Below, piece by piece: positions 18,609-25,606 of a stretch of 64,000 bases of DNA. The notes beneath the pieces are model-generated. The model made no database searches. It saw nothing but the letters and a program-made list of their open reading frames with translations, and was not told where the DNA came from. The stretch comes from a virus (taxonomy: Duplodnaviria > Caudoviricetes): positions 1,166 to 65,165 of the IMG/VR virus record IMGVR_UViG_2839447872_000003. One strand, given 5' to 3'. Position 1 is the stretch's first letter, and every line of letters starts with the position of its first letter. The position numbers were made by a program, and so were the translations under genes.

Positions 18609-18979
18609 CCACAATGAAGAAACCGGATATTGGAACTAAAATGTATTTCGTTTGCGAGCACCTATACTGCATCCCGAACCACGCCGGGCCGGTCAAAGAA
18701 TACTGCGTATGCGAGGCAGAGGTGGTAGGCTTCTTCACCGGAGGCTATACGGAAGTGCAGCTCGTGGGAGACGACCCGAATGGACACAGGACGCCATATT
18801 ACTTCAAGCTATCGGAGATCGGAGAGAGAGTATTCTATGCGCCGGAAGAAGCGGCTGGCTATGCGCAGACCCTGACAGTACGGTATGAAAGGATATGGGG
18901 ATGGCTAGGAGCACCGGATATCCCTATGCGGCGACCATGGGAAAATTTGCTCAAAAGCCGAAAGGAAGGGACAACATGA
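18605..18979 (+). CDS. Hypothetical phage protein
   Basis: Coupled ORF in the operon. Confidence 0.65.
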   Translation: MTTMKKPDIGTKMYFVCEHLYCIPNHAGPVKEYCVCEAEVVGFFTGGYTEVQLVGDDPNGHRTPYYFKLSEIGERVFYAPEEAAGYAQTLTVRYERIWGWLGAPDIPMRRPWENLLKSRKEGTT

Positions 18980-19242
18980 GCGAATGCGAGAACTGCAAGA
19001 AGTATGAGGATTGTGCTGCTGAGAGCGGCCTGACGTGGCCATGCGGGGCTTTTGTTCCAAAAACTGTCTCGAACGGACAACGCATCCGGGCCATGAGCGA
19101 CGAGGAGCTATGCAAATTGATTATGGCAATTCCAGACGTACCATGTGGGCAGGTGGGGTATCCGGAGAAATGTACCCACAAATGCGAAGCGTGTATCACG
19201 GACTGGCTCAAGCAGCCAGCAGAGGAGACCCGGCTGTGCTGA
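18976..19242 (+). CDS. Hypothetical Cys-rich phage protein
   Basis: TVSNGQRIRAMSDEEL...WLKQPAE. Confidence 0.7.
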   Translation: MSECENCKKYEDCAAESGLTWPCGAFVPKTVSNGQRIRAMSDEELCKLIMAIPDVPCGQVGYPEKCTHKCEACITDWLKQPAEETRLC

Positions 19243-19421
19243 TTATCACCGTACAGGTCAATGCCCCGGCTGGCCAGGCTGTCGGTATCAAAGAGGATCT
19301 GGCGATGTACTTAGAGCGGTTCGGCGACATCCGAGTGGTATCGGTGACGGAGGAACAGCCCCAGTACCGTCAGATGGGGCTTTACGACGCCCGACAGCCG
19401 CAGAGAGGGAAAAAGAAGTAA
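19236..19421 (+). CDS. Hypothetical phage protein
   Basis: GTG after AGAGGAG; AVGIKEDLAMYLERFGD. Confidence 0.65.
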   Translation: MLIITVQVNAPAGQAVGIKEDLAMYLERFGDIRVVSVTEEQPQYRQMGLYDARQPQRGKKK

Positions 19422-19445
19422 GCAGGCAGATAGGGGTGAGCCAAA

Positions 19446-19865
19446 ATGACATTACAAGAACTGTCCCAGTATTTCAAATTGCGGGAGCAACTGGCGCGGG
19501 ACGAGGAGATACTGGAATCTTTGAAAGCTACGGCTTGCCCCGGAGCACAGGTGTTGACTGGTATGCCTCACGCCCCGGGAGTCCGGGATAAGGTCGGCGA
19601 CTTGGCTGTCGAGATTGCTGATATGGAGAGCCAGATCGAGTACCTGCAAGAGAAGATTTCGCAGGAAGAAGCCAAGGTATCAGTCTTTATTTCCACCATT
19701 GAGAACGACCAGACGCGCATGGTGTTCAGGCTCCGTTTCCTCCGGGGGCTCGCATGGAAAGAGGTTGCAGCCGTCATCGGCGGGAGGAATACGGAGAGCG
19801 GCGTCAAGAGCCTGTGCTACCGCTACCTCGAAACTTGCAACGGCGTGACGCGCCGTGATGCTTGA
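19446..19865 (+). CDS. Putative late transcription activator (ArpU/DUF1492/sigma-region-4-like)
   Basis: C-terminal HTH RLRFLRGLAWKEVAAVIG; last gene before the late region. Confidence 0.75.
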   Translation: MTLQELSQYFKLREQLARDEEILESLKATACPGAQVLTGMPHAPGVRDKVGDLAVEIADMESQIEYLQEKISQEEAKVSVFISTIENDQTRMVFRLRFLRGLAWKEVAAVIGGRNTESGVKSLCYRYLETCNGVTRRDA

Positions 19866-19896
19866 TGTTTTGCCCCCGGATGTGCTATGGTATGCT
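19862..19896 (+). promoter_or_regulatory. Candidate late promoter
   Basis: TTGATG(19862) and extended -10 TGcTATGGT or TGgTATGCT directly after the activator gene. Confidence 0.45.
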
Positions 19897-19918
19897 CGTA
19901 CAATCCTAAATCAAGCCA

Positions 19919-19953
19919 GGCGGCCCTCTTTCGGGAGGGTCGCCATTCTTTTT
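19919..19953 (+). terminator. Intrinsic terminator-like hairpin
   Basis: GGCGGCCCTC-tttcgg-GAGGGTCGCC followed by ATTCTTTTT. Confidence 0.7.
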
Positions 19954-19954
19954 G

Positions 19955-20053
19955 AAAGGAGGGCCACGGCCCCGCGTTTCTCCTTTGCGCGGCGGTCACA
20001 GTCCGGGCAGCTCTGTACGCCAACAGACCGCAGCGGGCAAATCAAAAAGGAGG
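19955..20053 (+). ncRNA. Structured leader with anti-SD loop, candidate cis-regulatory RNA
   Basis: Hairpin 19961-20004 with loop TTCTCCTTT complementary to AAAGGAG at 19955-19961 and to the SD at 20046-20052. Confidence 0.5.
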
Positions 20054-20062
20054 AAATCTTGT

Positions 20063-21436
20063 ATGTACGGCTTCATCGTACTTGCAACTTATGCCGTCGC
20101 AATGCTGGCGATCACGCTTTTGCTTTCGCGGCGGTCACAGACCACAGAGAGCTTCCACGTTGCCGATCGGAAGCTCGGCCTGGTCCAAAGCGCCATGAGC
20201 ATTGCGGCCACATGGATCTGGGCTCCCGCGCTCTTCACTTCGGCAGAAAAAGCATACTCCAACGGCATCCCGGGCCTGTTCTGGTTCCTGGTGCCGAACA
20301 TCCTGTGCCTGGTCATCTTCGTTCCGTTCGGGAAGCGGATCCGGGCGCAAATGCCCCATGGCATCACCCTCTCCGGGTACATGGCCGAAAAATACCGCTC
20401 CAGGGCGGTACACGGTGCCTACCTGTTCGAGCTGACCGCGCTGACGGTCCTTTCCACGGGAGTGCAGCTGCTCGCCGGCGCCAAAATCCTGGCGGCGGTG
20501 ACAGGGTGGCCGTTCTGGCTGCTGACCGTCGTTCTGGCAGTGATCGCTTTCTCCTATTCCCAGTACTCGGGCGTCAAAGCGTCGGTATTAACTGATGCGC
20601 TCCAAATGGTGCTCATGCTGGCCTGCTGCGCGCTGCTCGTTCCCTGGGCGCTTTCCGCCGATACCGGCGTGTCCGACCTTGTTCGCGGCCTGGCTGGCGC
20701 ATCTGGCGGATATAAGCACTTGTTCGACAGCAACGGCCTGGCGGTGTTCTTCTCCTTCGGCTTGCCTACGGCCATCGGCCTGATCGCCGCTCCCTTTGGC
20801 GACCAATGCTTCTGGCAGCGGGCGTTCTCCATCCAGGAGAGCAAAGTCGGCAGGGCGTTCAAGCTGGGCGCTGTATTTTTTGCGGTCGTCCCCCTGTCCA
20901 TGGGCATCCTCGGGTTTATCGCCGCTGGCTCTGGCTATGTGGCCCAAGACGCCGGCATGGTCAACTTCGAGCTGGTTGGCAGCTTGTTCCCCAAATGGGT
21001 CATGCTGCCCTTCCTGTTCATGGTGATCTCCGGATTGCTCTCCACAGCGGACAGCAACCTGTGTGCCGTGGCCTCGCTGACCAGCGACTTCGGCGGCGGG
21101 ATGAAAGCGGTCAAAGGCTCCATGCTGGCCCTGCTCGCCCTGGCTGTTGGTATCGCCAATATCCCCGGTCTGGCCGTGACTGACCTGTTCCTGGTCTATG
21201 GTACTCTCCGGGCCACGACCATGCTCCCCACGGTGTTGACGCTGAAAGGAAAAACGTTGTCGGCTCGCGGGGTTTTTGCGGGCATCACGGCCTCGATTGT
21301 GATTGGGATGCCGGTTTTTGTTGTTGGCACCTTCCTTGGCAGCTCCACGTTGAAAACGGTTGGCTGTCTGTGCGCTGTGCTACTCTCTGGCATTGTGGCC
21401 CTGGCTACCGCGCCCAGAAAGGGGGCGACAGCATGA
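20063..21436 (+). CDS. Sodium:solute symporter (SSS/SLC5), DUR3-like
   Basis: 457 aa with many TM helices; SIAATWIWA, DQCFWQRAF and SGLLSTADSNL motifs; AAGGAGG RBS. Confidence 0.88.
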   Translation: MYGFIVLATYAVAMLAITLLLSRRSQTTESFHVADRKLGLVQSAMSIAATWIWAPALFTSAEKAYSNGIPGLFWFLVPNILCLVIFVPFGKRIRAQMPHGITLSGYMAEKYRSRAVHGAYLFELTALTVLSTGVQLLAGAKILAAVTGWPFWLLTVVLAVIAFSYSQYSGVKASVLTDALQMVLMLACCALLVPWALSADTGVSDLVRGLAGASGGYKHLFDSNGLAVFFSFGLPTAIGLIAAPFGDQCFWQRAFSIQESKVGRAFKLGAVFFAVVPLSMGILGFIAAGSGYVAQDAGMVNFELVGSLFPKWVMLPFLFMVISGLLSTADSNLCAVASLTSDFGGGMKAVKGSMLALLALAVGIANIPGLAVTDLFLVYGTLRATTMLPTVLTLKGKTLSARGVFAGITASIVIGMPVFVVGTFLGSSTLKTVGCLCAVLLSGIVALATAPRKGATA

Positions 21437-22215
21437 GCCTGGGACGTAAGCAGAGCATCAGCAACGAAGCATGGCTGGAAGCTGTTGCAACCATTGAAAG
21501 CGCCGTCCCCCGGCGCGAGCTGGATGATTTGGTGGCTGTTACCATCGAGGACATACGGGCCACCGTAGGGCAGAAGAAAGCGGCCTACGCATGGAGTGCC
21601 GGCAAGGACAGCGTTGTACTCGGCAAGCTCTGCGAGGCCGCGGGCGTCACCGACAGCATGATCGGCGTCTGCGACCTAGAGTACCCCGCCTTTATGGCGT
21701 GGGTGAATGAGCACAAGCCCGCCGGGTGCGAGGTCATCAACACCCACCAGGACCTGGACTGGCTGGCCCGTCATCCTGATATGCTGTTTCCTAAAGACTC
21801 GGCCAAGGCCGGCAGGTGGTTCTCCATCGTCCAGCACCGGGCGCAGGCGGAGTACTTCAAGGCGCACAATTTGGACATCGTCATCCTGGGCCGGCGCCGG
21901 GCAGACGGCAACTTTGTCGGCCGCGGCACCAATATCTACACCGATGGCAAGGGCGTGACCCGTTTCAGCCCGCTCGCGGCTTGGGGCCATGAGCACGTCC
22001 TGGCCTATATCCACTACCACCAGCTCCCGCTCCCTCCGATCTACGGATGGAAGAACGGCTACCTGTGCGGTACGCACCCGTGGCCGGCTCGTCAATGGAC
22101 CGGCGGCATCAAGAATGGCTGGCGGGAGGTCTACGAGATCGACCCGACTATCGTCACCGCCGCAGCGGAGAAGCTGGCCAGCGCCCGCGCCTTCCTGAAG
22201 GGGGTGCAGGCATGA
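21433..22215 (+). CDS. PAPS-reductase-fold PP-loop (AANH) protein
   Basis: WSAGKDS PP-loop, LGRRRADG, FSPLAAW..EHVLAYI; ATGA overlap with the symporter. Confidence 0.85.
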   Translation: MSLGRKQSISNEAWLEAVATIESAVPRRELDDLVAVTIEDIRATVGQKKAAYAWSAGKDSVVLGKLCEAAGVTDSMIGVCDLEYPAFMAWVNEHKPAGCEVINTHQDLDWLARHPDMLFPKDSAKAGRWFSIVQHRAQAEYFKAHNLDIVILGRRRADGNFVGRGTNIYTDGKGVTRFSPLAAWGHEHVLAYIHYHQLPLPPIYGWKNGYLCGTHPWPARQWTGGIKNGWREVYEIDPTIVTAAAEKLASARAFLKGVQA

Positions 22216-22817
22216 ACGTTGTAAAAAAGCCCCTGGCTGAGCTTCGGCGCCCCGAGCGAAATGTCCGTATGCACACCGACAAGCAGCTGAAAGAATTTCG
22301 CCGGTCTGTGGAGATGTTCGGCCAGATCCGCCCCATCGTCATTGACGAGGGCGGCGTCATCCTGGCCGGCAACGGCCTGTTTGAAACCCTCCTTGCCATG
22401 GGCCACGCTGAGGCAGACTGCTATGTCGTGTCCGGGCTGACTGAGGCCCAGAAGAAAAAGCTCATGCTGGCCGACAACCGTGTATTCGACCTGGGTGTGG
22501 ATGACCTGGCTGCGCTGGACGCCCTCGTTCTGGAGTTGAAGGACGACCTGGACATCCCCGGCTTTGAGGAAGACCTGCTCCGAGCCATGGTGATGGAGGC
22601 CGATGAAGCCAGCGACGCCCTCATGGAGTACGGCACCATTGAATCGGAGCAGGCTGCAGCCATCACCGAAACCCGCGAGCGGTATGCCGCCCGAGACGAA
22701 GCGGCCGCCCAAAGCGCCGAGGAGGTCACCCCTGTATCGACCGGCGTTCCCACGGCAGACGAACCGGCCCGGCGTTTTGTGCTTTGCCCGAAGTGTGGTG
22801 AGCGGATATGGCTGTAA
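22212..22817 (+). CDS. ParB/Srx N-terminal-domain protein with C-terminal CPKCG
   Basis: RNVRMH...SVEMFGQIRPIVIDE...ILAGNG...LADNR; ATGA overlap. Confidence 0.85.
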   Translation: MNVVKKPLAELRRPERNVRMHTDKQLKEFRRSVEMFGQIRPIVIDEGGVILAGNGLFETLLAMGHAEADCYVVSGLTEAQKKKLMLADNRVFDLGVDDLAALDALVLELKDDLDIPGFEEDLLRAMVMEADEASDALMEYGTIESEQAAAITETRERYAARDEAAAQSAEEVTPVSTGVPTADEPARRFVLCPKCGERIWL

Positions 22818-23962
22818 AGCGTGTTCGCTCCGATATGGACGTGGTGACGGCGGCGCAGCAGCGCATCAAGAACGTGTTCTCCAACGGCGTCCCCGTCTAC
22901 CTGTCGTTCTCCGGGGGCAAAGACAGCATTGTCCTGGCCGATCTGACCTATAAGCTGATCCAGGCGGGAGAGATCGACCCCTCCCTGCTGACTGTTCTGT
23001 TTGTGGACGAGGAGGCCATCTTCGACTGCATTGAAGCTACGACCAAGACCTGGCGGAAGAAATTCCTGCTGGCCGGTGCGAAGTTCAACTGGTGGTGCAT
23101 CGAGGTCAAGCACTTCAACTGTCTCAACGAGCTATCCAGCGACGAAACCTTCGTCTGCTGGGACCGGCGCAAGCGCGACGTCTGGGTGAGGCAACCGCCT
23201 CCCTTTGCGATCCGCAACCACCCCCAGCTCCGGCCGCGGGTGGATAACTACCAGTCGTTCCTCCCCCGGGTGACGATGGACGGCATTATGGTCACCGGCG
23301 TCCGGGCGGCGGAGTCTGTGCAGCGTTTGCAGTACATGGCCGCGCTGAACATGGGCGCGAAGGGCATCACCGGCACCAACACCATCTATCCCATCTACGA
23401 CTGGAAGACGACCGACGTCTGGCTGTACCTTCGGGACCAGCATATCGACATTCCGGAGGTCTACCTGCAGATGTACCAGGTGGGCGTGAACCGGAACCAG
23501 CTCCGCGTGTCGCAGTTCTTCTCCGTTGATACCGTCCCCGTCCTGGTCCACCTGGGCGAGTACGACCCATCTCTCATGGAGCGCGTGCTGCGCCGGGAGC
23601 CAAACGCCTATCTGGCCGTGATGTACTGGGACAGTGAGATGTTCCGCCGCACCACCAAGAAGCGCAAGGAGCTGGAGGGCCCAGACCAGAAAGACTACCG
23701 CGCCCTGCTGAAAGATATGCTGCTGATCCGCCCGGGCGAGTTCTTCAACACCCCGCACAAGAAAGACGTCGCCAAGCAGTACCGCAAGCTATTCATCCGC
23801 ATGGACGGCATGGCCCGTCCCCGGGACTACCGGAAAATGTACGAAGGGCTGGTAGCTGGCGACCCGAAGCTCCGTACCCTGCGGGCCATCTACCAGGACA
23901 TCTCCTGTGCATACGCAGCCTACGCCAAGAACTTCCGCAAAGGAGGTGAGGCAAATGGCTGA
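22808..23962 (+). CDS. IbrA/YbdN-like PAPS-reductase-family protein
   Basis: SFSGGKDS, GVRAAESVQR, YPIYDWKTTDVW, LRVSQFF. Confidence 0.88.
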   Translation: MAVKRVRSDMDVVTAAQQRIKNVFSNGVPVYLSFSGGKDSIVLADLTYKLIQAGEIDPSLLTVLFVDEEAIFDCIEATTKTWRKKFLLAGAKFNWWCIEVKHFNCLNELSSDETFVCWDRRKRDVWVRQPPPFAIRNHPQLRPRVDNYQSFLPRVTMDGIMVTGVRAAESVQRLQYMAALNMGAKGITGTNTIYPIYDWKTTDVWLYLRDQHIDIPEVYLQMYQVGVNRNQLRVSQFFSVDTVPVLVHLGEYDPSLMERVLRREPNAYLAVMYWDSEMFRRTTKKRKELEGPDQKDYRALLKDMLLIRPGEFFNTPHKKDVAKQYRKLFIRMDGMARPRDYRKMYEGLVAGDPKLRTLRAIYQDISCAYAAYAKNFRKGGEANG

Positions 23963-24479
23963 GGTGGATCTGTTCGCGCCGCTGTCATCCCTGCAATGGG
24001 TAGACCGCGACGCGCTCAAGCCCAATGACTACAACCCCAACAAGGTCAACCGTGAGAACCTGAAGCTGCTGGTGCAATCCATTCTCACAAATGGCTGGAC
24101 GCTCCCCATTGTGGTGCGCCCTGATTACACCATCATTGACGGCTTCCATCGCTGGACCGTCGCGGGCGAGGAGCCGCTGCACACCAAGCTCCAGGGCAAG
24201 GTGCCTGTGGTGGTCGTACACCATGAGGACGCGTCCGAAGATATCTACGGCACCGTCACACACAACCGCGCCCGTGGTACACACCTGCTCGAACCTATGA
24301 AGGCCATCGTCAAGAGATTGCTGGACGAGGGAAAGAGTGTACAGGAGATCGGGAAGCAGCTGGGCATGAGGCCCGAAGAAGTATTCCGCTTGTCTGATTT
24401 CTCCCGTGATGATTTCCTGTCCATGATGACGAAGGGGGTCAAGGGGTACAGCCATGCGGAGCTGTTGACAAAGCTATAA
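23955..24479 (+). CDS. IbrB/YbdM-like ParB-domain protein
   Basis: PNDYNPNKV...GWTLPIVV...IIDGFHR...TVTHNRARGTH, C-terminal HTH. Confidence 0.88.
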   Translation: MAEVDLFAPLSSLQWVDRDALKPNDYNPNKVNRENLKLLVQSILTNGWTLPIVVRPDYTIIDGFHRWTVAGEEPLHTKLQGKVPVVVVHHEDASEDIYGTVTHNRARGTHLLEPMKAIVKRLLDEGKSVQEIGKQLGMRPEEVFRLSDFSRDDFLSMMTKGVKGYSHAELLTKL

Positions 24480-24499
24480 CACAACAACACCCCAGGAAT

Positions 24500-24594
24500 G
24501 GCGCATACATCGCGTGAGAGCGGCGTGTGCGCCTTGTCCTTGGTGCAACCCGGGGACGATGGGCAGAGCGCCGCTGTGGACGCGTATGCGCGTT
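24500..24594. other. Cluster of three GC-rich hairpins
   Basis: GGCGCATAC/GTGTGCGCC, GTCCTTGG-tgcaac-CCGGGGAC, ACGCG-tatg-CGCGT. Confidence 0.6.
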
Positions 24595-24609
24595 GCAACG
24601 GCAGACAGA

Positions 24610-24675
24610 AGGTACTGTGACGCCCCGCCCCACTAAGCTGCGGGCGCGTCGACCCCGAAAAACGTGCAGTTACCA
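24610..24675 (+). other. Candidate cos/packaging site
   Basis: AGGTACT followed by a GC-rich tract and GCGGG upstream of the small terminase, loosely like the lambda cosQ-cosN layout. Inference. Confidence 0.4.
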
Positions 24676-24837
24676 AGGAAAATTTTAGTCTGTTCCGTTC
24701 CGCTTTCTGTGGTATTTGGCATGATACCGCAGAAGATAGCGGGGAAATTTATATGCTTTATCTGCTCCTCGGGCGTAAGTCCGGGGAGTTTTGATAAAGG
24801 TCCACGTGTCACCTCCTGAGATATATAAGACCACAAC

Positions 24838-24906
24838 AGGGTAAGGGTCTCGTCCGTGGCTGCTGGTACTGGCTACGGGTGCTCCGGTGTAATTCCGGTT
24901 AGCCCT
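24838..24906 (+). ncRNA. tRNA-like three-way junction lacking a D arm
   Basis: Closing stem AGGGTAA/TTAGCCCT, 9-bp arm with loop CTGGTAC, T-loop arm CCGG-TGTAATT-CCGG. Confidence 0.4.
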
Positions 24907-24908
24907 GT

Positions 24909-24971
24909 AAAAAAAGCCCCGACTGCTGCAACAGTCGAGGCTTATGTGCTCGGGATTGTGGTGTTCGTGAC
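24909..24971 (-). ncRNA. Putative ~60-nt antisense small RNA upstream of the terminase
   Basis: Leftward TTGACG(25006)-17-TATGGT(24983) promoter; hairpin GCCTCGACTG/CAGTCGGGGC plus U7 at 24909-24941. Confidence 0.5.
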
Positions 24972-25039
24972 ACAGATACCATACCACATTCCGCACGACC
25001 CGTCAAGAAACGGGCGTGCTCCGCGAAAGGAGGTGCACA

Positions 25040-25606
25040 ATGGCAGAAATCCATAAAACCATTACAGAGGATACCGAGGTTAGCACCACGGAGCTTGCCT
25101 GCATACTCGGCATCACCGGCCGCTATGTGCGGCAGATGGCAGAGGACGGCGTATTGTCGAAGGTCGACAAAGGACGCTTCCTCCTCGCGGAATCCGTGCA
25201 GAAGTACATCAAGTACACTGCCAAGGACGCCATGAACGAGGAGGACATCAAGCTCGACAAGGCCAAGAGGACGGCGGAAGTCACCCTCAAAGCCTCAAAA
25301 GCACAGGTCGCGAAGCTGGAAGCCGAGGAGATGAAAGGCAAAATGCATCGCGCTGAGGACGTTGAAGCTATGACCTCCGATCTGGTGTACGCCATTCGCG
25401 GCGCACTGATTGCCCTGCCCGGGCGTCTGGCCGTAGACGTGGCGGCAGTAGAAAGCCCCGCCGAAGCCTCGGAGATCATCCGCAAGGAAGTCTACAAGGT
25501 CATGCGTGAGCTTGCGAACTACCGCTATGACCCGCAAAAATACGAGGAGTTGGTGAGAGAACGCAGGGATTGGGATATTATGGAGCGTGATGGCGATGAC
25601 GAGTAA
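25040..25606 (+). CDS. Terminase small subunit (Nu1-like)
   Basis: N-terminal wHTH (ELACILGITGRYVRQM), coiled coil, GAAAGGAGG RBS. Confidence 0.9.
   Translation: MAEIHKTITEDTEVSTTELACILGITGRYVRQMAEDGVLSKVDKGRFLLAESVQKYIKYTAKDAMNEEDIKLDKAKRTAEVTLKASKAQVAKLEAEEMKGKMHRAEDVEAMTSDLVYAIRGALIALPGRLAVDVAAVESPAEASEIIRKEVYKVMRELANYRYDPQKYEELVRERRDWDIMERDGDDE

Noticed and set aside
20063-24479. Auxiliary sulfate-assimilation genes (cysH) or a complete Dnd/Ssp phosphorothioation system
   Set aside because: No ECG(L/I)H or Fe-S Cys motifs, no cysteine desulfurase, no DndD/SspC-type ATPase, and the transporter is SSS rather than a sulfate permease. A backbone modification is still not excluded.
24880-24912. 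Cobalamin or FMN riboswitch suggested by CCGGTGTAATTCCGG...CTGTAA
   Set aside because: Only the T-loop hairpin matches; the GGGAA/B12 box and the FMN core are absent.
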